59,335 bases of DNA from a virus (Duplodnaviria > Caudoviricetes), in the IMG/VR virus record IMGVR_UViG_3300029268_000019, positions 1 through 59,335 of that record. One strand, 5' to 3'. This document shows, piece after piece, positions 1-9,363 of the stretch. The position numbers were made by a program, and so were the translations under genes. Below the pieces are notes generated by a model. The model did not search any database. It worked only from the letters and a program-made list of their open reading frames with translations, and was not told where the DNA came from. Each line of letters begins with the position of its first letter. The first letter of the stretch is position 1.

Positions 1-32
1 GAACTCGGTTTTTTCTGTTAAATCGTAAATGA

Positions 33-278
33 TTAAGCGATGGTCCTCCTAACTTCATTTCTCCAACGAATAGCAGCCGTCTTTGATGTGAAATTCCTAG
101 AATTACAAACACCACCTACGGTGATACGGGTACGATAACTACGGCCATCGAAATAAACATTCTTTGCAACCGGACTATAAGTAGTCTTTGTTGTCTTTGT
201 TACAACGTTTGAAGTTTTTACAGCCTTTGTTGCCTTAACAGCCTTAACAGCCTTCTGATTTTTTGTGTTTTTTCTCAT
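33..278 (-). CDS. Small basic protein with AP2-like DNA-binding C-terminus
   Basis: Lys/Ala/Val/Thr-rich N-terminus, then YRTRITVGG...NFTSKTAAIRWR resembling AP2 domains. Confidence 0.5.
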   Translation of the reverse strand: MRKNTKNQKAVKAVKATKAVKTSNVVTKTTKTTYSPVAKNVYFDGRSYRTRITVGGVCNSRNFTSKTAAIRWRNEVRRTIA

Positions 279-314
279 ATTAAAATTTGTTTTTATTTTT
301 TAATTACTAATATT

Positions 315-341
315 TATAGTTACCAAAAAACAAAAAGTTTT
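315..341 (-). promoter_or_regulatory. Putative promoter, class AAAAC-N15-AACTATA
   Basis: Same spacing as 17349-17375 (+) and 58143-58169 (-); upstream of a gene start. Confidence 0.5.
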
Positions 342-366
342 AAAATTGTCATGTTATTGTCGAAAA

Positions 367-1422
367 TTATATACCAATACCTTCACCTATTACTTTAACA
401 CTCAATATACTGTCACCGAATTTTTCATAAATCTTTGCCGGATTATCAGTTGTGATGATTAATGGTTCTATAACATGAAATTTCACTTTGTATACCTTTT
501 TAATAATAGAAAAACTTTCCATTTTTTGAATATTATCAATTTCTTTCTTAATATCTTTCTTTACTTCTTTCTTCACTTCTTCTTTGATAACATCATCCTT
601 TATTGTTTCAGTTTTATCATCCTTTTTCTTCTTTTCTATAATTTCAACAATTAAATCATCAAATTTTATTTGTCTTTCGGTTGAAAGGGTATATCTGGTG
701 TGTCCACCAAAGGAACATTTATTTTCTTTAATATATTCTTTTAATTTAACGACATCATTATTAAAGAAAAACATAAAACTTTTTCTATTGAAACTGAAAA
801 TAGGATTGTGATCAGAGTCAAAATATTCAAAAAAGAAATCATAATCACCTATATCAATGTATATTGGTCTTCTTCTTTCACTTGTTGATAATAACATTTC
901 TTTGAATAATATTCTATCTCTTTCACCAAATGGTATCAATTTAATAAATATTGTCGGTGAATCTTCATCATCTTCCCATTCTTCTGCTTTTTTAGTTGCT
1001 TCTAAAAAATCTTTAGCTTCTTCATTTATCATAGAATTAAATTTTGACATAACATCATTTACAAATCCCCAATTTAATAATGTTTCTCTCAATTCTTCTT
1101 CACTAAAAGTTTTTGGACTTTCTTTTTTCTTTTTCAAATCATTTAATATTGATTCTTCTTTCGTTAAATCTCTGACTGTTGTTTTTGTATCTTCATCATT
1201 ATTCAAAAAATCCGAAAGTGGTTGACTTTCATATTTTTTCCCTTCCCTATGTACTGGTTCTGGTTCAGGTTGATTTTCCGAATTGTTTTTCATCTCATTA
1301 ACTTTTTCATAAGCTTTTTCAAATTCTTCTGTTGTGGGTGTTTGAGCATCGGGTCCGATGGTGGTTGTTTCAAAACCATTGGTTAATTGTTTGTCGAATA
1401 CATTTTCATTTTCATTTTCCAT
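367..1422 (-). CDS. Hypothetical acidic protein
   Basis: 351 aa ORF, no recognisable motif. Confidence 0.6.
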   Translation of the reverse strand: MENENENVFDKQLTNGFETTTIGPDAQTPTTEEFEKAYEKVNEMKNNSENQPEPEPVHREGKKYESQPLSDFLNNDEDTKTTVRDLTKEESILNDLKKKKESPKTFSEEELRETLLNWGFVNDVMSKFNSMINEEAKDFLEATKKAEEWEDDEDSPTIFIKLIPFGERDRILFKEMLLSTSERRRPIYIDIGDYDFFFEYFDSDHNPIFSFNRKSFMFFFNNDVVKLKEYIKENKCSFGGHTRYTLSTERQIKFDDLIVEIIEKKKKDDKTETIKDDVIKEEVKKEVKKDIKKEIDNIQKMESFSIIKKVYKVKFHVIEPLIITTDNPAKIYEKFGDSILSVKVIGEGIGI

Positions 1423-1529
1423 AAAATATATAATTATTTTTTAAGTTCCACTATTGATGTGGATTATTATATATTTGGAAGTAATGGGTCAATTAATTAT
1501 ATATTATGGAAAAAATTGATTAAAAAATA

Positions 1530-1539
1530 TTAATATATA
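1530..1539 (+). promoter_or_regulatory. Putative late promoter TTAATATATA
   Basis: Decamer recurring just upstream of many structural and endonuclease genes. Confidence 0.6.
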
Positions 1540-1558
1540 ACAATAAATAACAATACAC

Positions 1559-1723
1559 ATGAAAAAAACGAGAACATTCACCATCGAAAAGGAAATTCTA
1601 ATTGAATTTGATAAAATATCCAAAAAAATGTCATTAAATAAATCTCTTTTTGTTGAAAATTGTATCAAAGATTTAATTAATAAAAATAAAAATAAAATAA
1701 ATGATATTAACGAAAGAAGTTGA
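1559..1723 (+). CDS. Ribbon-helix-helix (CopG-like) protein, 54 aa, not in the ORF track
   Basis: MKKTRTFTIEKEILIEFDKISKKMSLNKSLFVENCIKDLI fits RHH pattern; overlaps start of HNH gene. Confidence 0.65.
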   Translation: MKKTRTFTIEKEILIEFDKISKKMSLNKSLFVENCIKDLINKNKNKINDINERS

Positions 1724-2603
1724 AATAATTATAACAAAAAAGAATTTAGATTTTTATAAAAATCTTGGTTATAATATAAAATTAAAAGATATTATTAAAG
1801 TTCCTCCTGAACATTTATCAAAAAGTAGTCACAAAAAAATTAAAGTGAAATGTGATATTTGTGAATATGAAAAAGAAATGGATTATAGAGAATATATGGA
1901 ATCTTATAAAAATTATAATATCTATACTTGTAGCACAACTTGTTCTAGATTTAAAAACAAATTAACCAGTAAAGAAAAATACGGTGATGAAAATTATAAT
2001 AATAGAGAATTATTTAAAAAAACATATATTGATAATAACAGTTGTATAAAATCTAAAGAAAATTACATAAAAACGTGTTTAGAAAAATATAATGTTGATA
2101 ATGTTTCTAAATTAAATTGGGTTAAAAATAAAAGAGAAAACACAATGTTAAAAAAACATGAAGTAAAATATTATGTTTTGTCAAAAGATTTTTATAATAA
2201 GAGTCAAATAACAAGTATGTTAAATTATGGAACACCACATCCAATGATGTCAGATGAAATGAAAAAAATTAAAATTGAATATTATTTAAAAATGGGATTC
2301 AATGTATTAACAAAAGATTATGATATTTATAAAAGAAAGGTATATAGATTAACAAGAAAAATAAAAAATAAACTTATTGATTTATGGGATGGTAATGATT
2401 ATTATGATAATGAATATATTAAAAATAATTTTGATCTTCCTTATCATCATAAAAATTATCCAACCATAGATCATAAAATATCTATATTCGAGGGTTTTAA
2501 AAATAATATTCCGGCTGAAAAAATATCTGATATATCCAATTTATGTTTTACTAAAAGATATATAAATTCACAAAAATATATAAAATTATATTTTACTATT
2601 TAA
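1701..2603 (+). CDS. HNH-family homing endonuclease with Zn-ribbon N-terminus
   Basis: KCDIC...CSTTC, KTCLEKYNVDN-type repeats, C-terminal TIDHKISI...ISNL...IN. Confidence 0.65.
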   Translation: MILTKEVEIIITKKNLDFYKNLGYNIKLKDIIKVPPEHLSKSSHKKIKVKCDICEYEKEMDYREYMESYKNYNIYTCSTTCSRFKNKLTSKEKYGDENYNNRELFKKTYIDNNSCIKSKENYIKTCLEKYNVDNVSKLNWVKNKRENTMLKKHEVKYYVLSKDFYNKSQITSMLNYGTPHPMMSDEMKKIKIEYYLKMGFNVLTKDYDIYKRKVYRLTRKIKNKLIDLWDGNDYYDNEYIKNNFDLPYHHKNYPTIDHKISIFEGFKNNIPAEKISDISNLCFTKRYINSQKYIKLYFTI

Positions 2604-3232
2604 ATATTTTGTTTATCGGTTGCTACCATATCATCATTCATTGATGCATTATAAATATAATTGTGATTGTATACTGGAATAACACCAAAGGATTTCATCG
2701 AAACATATACATCACTTAAACATTCTGTGTCAGCGCCGCCGATAACAATAACTTTCTTACCCTTTAATTTTTGGTATAAATTATATAAATCTTCATTTAC
2801 ATAAAACCATTTATGATTGTTATTCACTTTTACAATATATTTATTTACATTTTTGAATTTGAATAATTTACCTTCTTTAGCATCTTGTGGTAATTTATCC
2901 GTTATCTGTTTAAGATTTGGATTGAATTTTGTACCATAATTCTTTTTAACATCTAAAACTTGGTTTGGAAATGTATATGTAAACCCGGTAGCTTTATTAG
3001 CATCCCAAATCTGATAAACACCCTTGATATCATCTTTTGGAAATTCTTCACAATATTTCATTATATTTTGTTCAAAACCTTTTGGTGTGTATTCATCGAA
3101 TTCACCTTGAACATCAACAATAACTAAAATACCTTCGTTCTCAAGATCTTGTGTTTTTTGAGTAGATTGATTTTCTTCATTCAACTTTTTCTTCTTTACA
3201 TATTCATAAAACTTGAGTATACCGAATTCCAT
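2600..3232 (-). CDS. Isochorismatase/nicotinamidase-like cysteine hydrolase
   Basis: ILVIVDVQ, KKNYG, VIVIGGADTEC give a D-K-C triad layout; late promoter at 3257-3266. Confidence 0.55.
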   Translation of the reverse strand: MEFGILKFYEYVKKKKLNEENQSTQKTQDLENEGILVIVDVQGEFDEYTPKGFEQNIMKYCEEFPKDDIKGVYQIWDANKATGFTYTFPNQVLDVKKNYGTKFNPNLKQITDKLPQDAKEGKLFKFKNVNKYIVKVNNNHKWFYVNEDLYNLYQKLKGKKVIVIGGADTECLSDVYVSMKSFGVIPVYNHNYIYNASMNDDMVATDKQNI

Positions 3233-3313
3233 AAGATAGGTGTTTTTTATTTCTTTTATATATTAAATTGGTAATCCAAAAATTAATATATAAACAAAAA
3301 CAATCATAAGTTT

Positions 3314-4081
3314 ATGTCAATCACATTAGAACAATTAATAGATATAATTCAAGCGGATTTAACATTTTCTGGTGCTTTACCTAAAGTATTAAATGACAAA
3401 GAAGTAAAACGTGTTGTCAAAGAATTAGCATTGGAATATTTTTATAAAAATTATCAATTTTCTATTCAGAAGTTTTATTATTTTATGAAAAAAGATATGT
3501 TATTGTTCGAAACCTATTCGAGATTCAAATATCTTATAATGCCAGAAGAAGTTGAATCTATTTCTAGAATTATGAAAATCAACGACTTGTCTTTATTTAG
3601 AATTGGTATTCAAGCTCCAAACCTTTCCATAAACTTGGGTGTTACGAATCAACCATTCCTTACATCATTTGTAACAACCGCTGGTGAATTAGCTCTTTAT
3701 CGTTCTGTAATCAGTTATTTTTCTGATGAAATAAACAAATTAACAAAGGATACTGTAAAATTCAATTTTAACCCTATCAATAAACAACTTAATTTTTTGG
3801 GTAGTTTAAATTCTTATCCCGGTGAATCAAATCACATTTTAGAATGTGGTGTTAGGATTCAAGAAGAAGAATTGTTTGATTTTGAAATGTTTAAAAGATA
3901 TTGTATCGGAATGTGTAGAGTTAGAATGGGTGAACAAATTGGTCGTTTTAATTTCAATATGCCGGGTAACTTCAATTATAACGCACAAGACATAATTAGT
4001 GGTGGTCAAGCTATGATTGATAAAGTTGTCGAAGAAATAAAGGGTCAAACTACTGTTTCTTGGTTTAGAATGGCGAGATAA
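3314..4081 (+). CDS. Neck protein, T4 gp13-like
   Basis: C-terminal KRYCIGMCRVRMGEQIGRFNFNMPGNFNYNAQDIISGG matches gp13 pattern; late promoter 3283-3292. Confidence 0.65.
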   Translation: MSITLEQLIDIIQADLTFSGALPKVLNDKEVKRVVKELALEYFYKNYQFSIQKFYYFMKKDMLLFETYSRFKYLIMPEEVESISRIMKINDLSLFRIGIQAPNLSINLGVTNQPFLTSFVTTAGELALYRSVISYFSDEINKLTKDTVKFNFNPINKQLNFLGSLNSYPGESNHILECGVRIQEEELFDFEMFKRYCIGMCRVRMGEQIGRFNFNMPGNFNYNAQDIISGGQAMIDKVVEEIKGQTTVSWFRMAR

Positions 4082-4108
4082 ATATTTTTTTATTGTATTA
4101 AACATTCG

Positions 4109-4116
4109 TATCTTTG
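4109..4116 (+). promoter_or_regulatory. Bacteroidota-type -7 element TAnnTTTG (early promoter); also 5155, 6730, 11249, 13468, 15152, 19997 (+) and 56626, 57382 (-)
   Basis: Nine intergenic copies 6-45 nt upstream of starts, usually preceded by a TTTTTTTATT-like tract. Confidence 0.75.
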
Positions 4117-4134
4117 TAATCTAATTCGAAAGAT

Positions 4135-4275
4135 ATGAAACCAAATAGAAAAGAGAAAATTGATTCAACTGAATTTTCTAGATTGTGTGAAATCGGTCAC
4201 AATTATCATAAATTTCTTTGGACCAAATTCAAAAGAAGAATTAGAACTAAAAGGCTTAATAAAAATGTTCATTGA
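4135..4275 (+). CDS. Small basic hypothetical protein (46 aa)
   Basis: ORF directly after TAtcTTTG promoter. Confidence 0.45.
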   Translation: MKPNRKEKIDSTEFSRLCEIGHNYHKFLWTKFKRRIRTKRLNKNVH

Positions 4276-4276
4276 C

Positions 4277-5092
4277 TTATGATTCTAAAATTTGATTGAA
4301 TTTTTTATATTTTCTATCAAATCCTATTTTATCATCATTGAAATTATTATAGATATAATTTCCAATCTTTACTATATCTCTTTTATTAGTTATTCTAAAT
4401 TGAGATGATTTACTTTTCTTTTTTTCGTTAATTGTGGTTTTTATTCCGTATTTACTTATCTGTAAAAATTTACATAAATTTATTAAATAAGACCAATCTT
4501 GTTCATATGTTGAAGAAATAGAAAATTGATAATTTCCATTTTTTTTATTTATATAAAAACAACCATCACCATCAGATATACCTCTAAAAAAATAAAATTT
4601 TAAATTTTCCGGTATAATATTTAAAATTTTAAATGGTGATGAATTTGATTTGTAATGAAAATCATAACTTTTGAAAATATCATGTAATTTTTTAAAACCA
4701 ATATGATATATAACAGATTTTTTACATTTTTTCCCTTTTCGTGTTCTTTGTCTGATATATTTTTTCCAATTACCCGTTTCGTAAATAATTTTTTCTATTG
4801 AAATCATATCATCCATATTACCTTCTAATCTTATATAATAACTTGTTTCTGAATCTTTCGACATACAACCATCTGCCCATAATAATCCCATAATATATGA
4901 CATTTTGTTTGTATCGATATTTTTAAAAAGTTCAATATTTACTTTATCGTTCAAATTTAATTTCAAAATTCTTACTTTATTTTGAATTTGTATTCTATTT
5001 AAATTCAGTTTATCCATACAATATATCATACCCATTGTTGGATAACTTTCTTTTAAAAATTTTTCTTCATCATCATTCCAAATATGTTTCAT
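4277..5092 (-). CDS. LAGLIDADG homing endonuclease, free-standing
   Basis: Two motifs YIMGLLWADG and FFRGISDGDG; late promoter 5108-5117. Confidence 0.85.
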   Translation of the reverse strand: MKHIWNDDEEKFLKESYPTMGMIYCMDKLNLNRIQIQNKVRILKLNLNDKVNIELFKNIDTNKMSYIMGLLWADGCMSKDSETSYYIRLEGNMDDMISIEKIIYETGNWKKYIRQRTRKGKKCKKSVIYHIGFKKLHDIFKSYDFHYKSNSSPFKILNIIPENLKFYFFRGISDGDGCFYINKKNGNYQFSISSTYEQDWSYLINLCKFLQISKYGIKTTINEKKKSKSSQFRITNKRDIVKIGNYIYNNFNDDKIGFDRKYKKFNQILES

Positions 5093-5176
5093 ATTGATTT
5101 TTATTTTTATATATTAAAAATTGAAAGTGGTTTTTTTATTCACGGAAATTGTTTTACCTTTGTCAAAATTTAAATT

Positions 5177-5956
5177 ATGAAAAAATTTGTTTCGGTTGGT
5201 GATATTCACGGTTCAGACCGTTGGAAACTTCTTTTATTTGGTACAGTAACACCAACAAAAGATTATATCCAAAAGATTATGGATTTAATTGATAAAGTTG
5301 TTTTTGTTGGTGATTATACTGATTCATTTGATAAACATGCTCCGATTGTTGAAAATCTGAAAGAAATTATTGATTTCAAGAAAGAATACGGAGATAAGGT
5401 TGTTTTGTTGTGGGGTAATCATGACGTTTACTATTATACAATGAATTATGGTAGGGATAATGTCACTGGTTCAAGGGATGAAATGTTACATGATTTAAAT
5501 CAGATTTTCAGAAGTAATTACAGATATTTCCAATTTTCCTATCAGTATGAAAATTATATTTGGACACACGCTGGAATTCATCGTGGGTGGTGGGAACACT
5601 ATGTAATGCCCAAAATTAAAGGAAACAAAGAAAGTAGATTTCGTGAATACCTTAATGGTAGTGAAAGTATTTCCGATATCCTAAATATCATGTGGGAATT
5701 ACAAGATGATTCAGTTTTCATGTGTTCCGCAAACAGAACAAAGGGTGGTTGGGGTAAGAAAGTTGGTGGACCTCTTTGGGCTGGTAAAGAAGAAATATCC
5801 AAGAAACCAATTTTCGGATTTCACCAAATTGTTGGTCACACAGGAATTCCTGAAATAAGAACCTTTAAAACATTTGGTTACAAAGAAGATGATACTAGTG
5901 TAACATTTATTGATACATTACCCGTTGATGATGAATTATATACAATAGATATATGA
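5177..5956 (+). CDS. Calcineurin-like metallophosphoesterase
   Basis: GDIHG, GDYTD, GNHD, THAG, GHT motifs. Confidence 0.9.
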   Translation: MKKFVSVGDIHGSDRWKLLLFGTVTPTKDYIQKIMDLIDKVVFVGDYTDSFDKHAPIVENLKEIIDFKKEYGDKVVLLWGNHDVYYYTMNYGRDNVTGSRDEMLHDLNQIFRSNYRYFQFSYQYENYIWTHAGIHRGWWEHYVMPKIKGNKESRFREYLNGSESISDILNIMWELQDDSVFMCSANRTKGGWGKKVGGPLWAGKEEISKKPIFGFHQIVGHTGIPEIRTFKTFGYKEDDTSVTFIDTLPVDDELYTIDI

Positions 5957-6204
5957 AAAAATGTGTAAGGTGTGGTCTCTGTTGTTTTCAAGGTCCGTGT
6001 AATCATGGTGATGAAAAAGGTGAATTTGGTTGTAGTAAACTTATTATCAATGAAGATAAAACAACATCTTGTGAACTCCTTATTAAAGGTAAAGTAAAAC
6101 CAGAAGATATAGGAATTAAAAGGGGATGTATTTTGCAAACTGTTGTAGTAGAATATTATCAAGAAAATTTACAATACTTAAATCAATTGAAAAATGTCAA
6201 TTGA
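5953..6204 (+). CDS. Small Cys-cluster protein (YkgJ-like)
   Basis: CVRCGLCC...C...C...C. Confidence 0.5.
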   Translation: MKKCVRCGLCCFQGPCNHGDEKGEFGCSKLIINEDKTTSCELLIKGKVKPEDIGIKRGCILQTVVVEYYQENLQYLNQLKNVN

Positions 6205-6412
6205 ATTATACGATTATAGGGAACAGACAATGCCTTATGAATGTCCTTATTGTTACAAAGAATTAGAAGATAATGATATAATAGGTGAAACCGTTTATGA
6301 TGTTGTTAGAATTGGTCATAATATTGGTGGAACTGCATCTGTTTTTGAATGTCCGAAATGTTTCGAAAAGTCATTTATTCATAAAGAAAGTTTAAAATGG
6401 AAAATAAAATAA
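6194..6412 (+). CDS. Small Zn-ribbon protein
   Basis: CPYC...CPKC. Confidence 0.55.
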   Translation: MSIELYDYREQTMPYECPYCYKELEDNDIIGETVYDVVRIGHNIGGTASVFECPKCFEKSFIHKESLKWKIK

Positions 6413-6705
6413 AACAGAACAAAATAACTTTCGAAGGTAAAGAAATAATTTGGGATTATGAAATTGCACCCTGTCTCAAATGTCCAATTTATCCATTAAA
6501 AAAGGAATCTAAAGAAGATTCAGATAAAAGAAAAGATAAATGTTGGACCAGTGGTTGTCTTTACGATAAGGAAAACGCAAGAATGGTGGCAAATGGTATT
6601 TATGTTATGATGCATTATCATTATTGTGAGGAATGTGATGAATATTTCAGTAAAGAAGAAATAATAGAATATAAAACCTGTCCTAATTGTCATTCTTCTT
6701 TTTAA
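6397..6705 (+). CDS. Cys-rich hypothetical protein
   Basis: CxxC pairs; operon overlap. Confidence 0.5.
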   Translation: MENKIKQNKITFEGKEIIWDYEIAPCLKCPIYPLKKESKEDSDKRKDKCWTSGCLYDKENARMVANGIYVMMHYHYCEECDEYFSKEEIIEYKTCPNCHSSF

Positions 6706-6762
6706 TTTTTTTAATTCATATAGCTTTCGTATCTTTGTATTATCAAATTAAAACAATATTTT

Positions 6763-7194
6763 ATGTCACTTGAAGAAATCGAAAAAAGAATTGAAGAACT
6801 CGATGTAATCCTTGAAAAAAAGGAAAATGAATGGTGGGATAAGAAGAAAAAAGAAATGTCGGATAGTGTTTTCGGTATTTTTGGTGGTGATTGGGATGAA
6901 TATTGTGAATTTCGTAAACCAGAAATTGATGAAGTTCGTAAATTAAACAGGAAAAGAAGGATGTTGATGATTCCAGAATTTTCAGAACCATTGGAATTTG
7001 GTGATTTATTTACAATCGAAAATTTCATTGGAAATTGTAAATGTGGTGGATTTATTGATTATGATGGATCTGGAAATTACGCTAAAGAAATTGATGGTAA
7101 ATTAATGGAAAGTAATATTGACATTTATCCATCTGATATTAAACATAAAAGTGTACGTAAAGATTTCACTCACGTTATTTGGTATAACAAGTAA
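6763..7194 (+). CDS. Hypothetical phage protein
   Basis: Downstream of early promoter 6730; GGFIDYDGSG motif. Confidence 0.6.
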   Translation: MSLEEIEKRIEELDVILEKKENEWWDKKKKEMSDSVFGIFGGDWDEYCEFRKPEIDEVRKLNRKRRMLMIPEFSEPLEFGDLFTIENFIGNCKCGGFIDYDGSGNYAKEIDGKLMESNIDIYPSDIKHKSVRKDFTHVIWYNK

Positions 7195-7198
7195 GACA

Positions 7199-7471
7199 AT
7201 GGAAACTACCTTATCAGTTGAACAACAGATGGAATTGAATGTCAATAGGTATGATGTTGATACCGTTGCCAAAATGTTCACAAGAAAGGAATTGGCACAA
7301 ACTATTGTAACCACAACATGTTGGGATGAAACAATTAGTAAACAGTACAAAGAATTCAAAACAAAGGAAAATATGATTGATTATATCATATACTGGTTGG
7401 ATGATTGTTTTGAAGATATGGGATATGTAGAAGATTTAATCAAATTTATCAATAATAATAAAAATAAATAA
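7199..7471 (+). CDS. Hypothetical protein (start moved to METTL)
   Basis: Fits operon spacing after 7194. Confidence 0.5.
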   Translation: METTLSVEQQMELNVNRYDVDTVAKMFTRKELAQTIVTTTCWDETISKQYKEFKTKENMIDYIIYWLDDCFEDMGYVEDLIKFINNNKNK

Positions 7472-8401
7472 ATGAAACCACAAAGTCTTTCAATTTTAGT
7501 TCCCGGTGGATGTCCTAATGATTGTTCGTGTTGTGTATCGAAACTTCATGATAGTCCATACGAAAATCAGTTAGAAAAGAATTTCCAATTTGAAGATTTA
7601 TATCGTGACGATTATCGTGACGCTATGAGATACGCAAGGGATAATGATTGTAATGACCTTATTTTCACTGGTGAAAATGGTGAATGTTTGGTCAATAAAC
7701 ATTTTATGAGAACTGTGGTTGAAGTGAATAAATCATTACCCAGTCCTTTTGTCAAATGTGAATTGCAAACAAGTGGTTGTTTCTTAACCGAAAGGGCTGA
7801 AAATGGTGGTGAATCAAATCTTCGTTGGTTGAGGGATTTTGTTAGAATTAAAATCATTTCCCTAAGTCTTTTTGATCTTTTCGATTCGGAAAATAATGCT
7901 CTTTATTCGAAACCTAAAAGTCAGAAAGCTTTTGTGGATATTGAAGAAACTTGTAAAGCTATCAAGAAATACAATTTCACTTTAAGGTTGTCTATTAATA
8001 TGACAAACCTTTATGAGAAGAATGGTATTACACCAGAACAGATTTTCAAAGAAGCTAAAGAATTGGGTGCAAATCAAATAACTTTCAGGGTTCTTTATTT
8101 TGTCAACAATCCAAAAACCGAAAAGGAAAAAGAGATAAACAACTGGATTCTTGAAAACAGGTGTTCCGATGAATATATGAACAAAATCAAAGAGTATATT
8201 AAAGAAAACGGAAATCCTCTTGAAAAACTTTCGTTTGGTGCTATTCGTTATTCTGTAAATGGAACTTCTGTTGTTATCGATGATAATTGTATGGGAGAAA
8301 CAAATGTTTCTGATGTAAAAGAGGATATTAAATATTTAATACTTAGACCAGATTGTAAATTGTATACAAGATGGAATGATGAAGCCAGTTTATTGTTTTA
8401 A
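7472..8401 (+). CDS. Radical SAM protein
   Basis: CPNDCSCC, FTGENGE, LQTSG. Confidence 0.8.
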   Translation: MKPQSLSILVPGGCPNDCSCCVSKLHDSPYENQLEKNFQFEDLYRDDYRDAMRYARDNDCNDLIFTGENGECLVNKHFMRTVVEVNKSLPSPFVKCELQTSGCFLTERAENGGESNLRWLRDFVRIKIISLSLFDLFDSENNALYSKPKSQKAFVDIEETCKAIKKYNFTLRLSINMTNLYEKNGITPEQIFKEAKELGANQITFRVLYFVNNPKTEKEKEINNWILENRCSDEYMNKIKEYIKENGNPLEKLSFGAIRYSVNGTSVVIDDNCMGETNVSDVKEDIKYLILRPDCKLYTRWNDEASLLF

Positions 8402-9301
8402 CCATTCTGAAATTATTTCATCTATATTTTTCCTTTTTGTATAAGGTATTCTTAATAATTTAATATTGTTATCTTCACAATATTTATTTTTAATATTATC
8501 CTTTTTCTTTGTTTCTAATAATTTATCATCACCACCAAAGTATTTAACTGATTTAAAATGTTGAAAACCATCATATTCTATCAATCCAAATAATTCATTA
8601 TCCTTAAAAACAGCAAAATCAAAATGTAAAATATATTTATCTTTACAATCATTTTTATACTGATAAATATATTTTATTTTATTTTCATCTAAATATTTTT
8701 TAACTTTTTCTTCTCCTTTTGATTGTTTACAAAAAGGACATCCATTCCCATTTAATAACGAATTTGGAATTGATTTCCATGTAAGATCACATTTATTACA
8801 TTTTATTTCTATTGGTGTTTTTACATTAATATATGTTCCAATTATACTATATTGTGTATGTACCTTATTAAAATCTAATAAAAATTGATCATTCGATTTT
8901 CTTTGTCTTAAAGAACTTTCTTTATTATTGCATTTTGGGCATCCGGATTTTGAACTTATTAAATGTGTGGGTTTAACATCCCATTCATTTTCACAAATTT
9001 TACATTTTATTTTTGTTTTTGTTTTTGCATTAATATAATCACCTATTAATTCATATTTATTATCGTTAATATTCATTAATTCGTTTTTAAATTCTTCTTT
9101 TGTTTTTGTTCTTTTTATTATTCCACATTTAGGACACCCTCTTCCATATAATAAATGTTTACAACTAATTTTCCATATATTATTACAAACATTACATTTT
9201 ATTTTAATTTTTTGATTGTAATTTATATATTTTTCTAAAGTTGTATATTTATTACCGTGAACATTTTTTAATTTTAATTGAAATGTTTCATCTGTTAACA
9301 T
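8390..9301 (-). CDS. Zn-finger-repeat homing-type endonuclease with C-terminal Vsr/PD-(D/E)xK-like domain
   Basis: Three KCxxC...W...GCPxC repeats; SKGE...FDF...IEYDGFQHF...LLRIPY; start moved to MLTD after late promoter 9307-9316. Confidence 0.75.
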   Translation of the reverse strand: MLTDETFQLKLKNVHGNKYTTLEKYINYNQKIKIKCNVCNNIWKISCKHLLYGRGCPKCGIIKRTKTKEEFKNELMNINDNKYELIGDYINAKTKTKIKCKICENEWDVKPTHLISSKSGCPKCNNKESSLRQRKSNDQFLLDFNKVHTQYSIIGTYINVKTPIEIKCNKCDLTWKSIPNSLLNGNGCPFCKQSKGEEKVKKYLDENKIKYIYQYKNDCKDKYILHFDFAVFKDNELFGLIEYDGFQHFKSVKYFGGDDKLLETKKKDNIKNKYCEDNNIKLLRIPYTKRKNIDEIISEWLKQ

Positions 9302-9363
9302 AATTCTATATATTAAATAAAATAACTCATTTTTTCCCAAATGGTATATTTAAACCAAAGATA

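Noticed and set aside
4277-5092. Group I intron or intein around the LAGLIDADG gene
   Set aside because: Flanking genes are intact and on the opposite strand; no intein termini or room for an intron core
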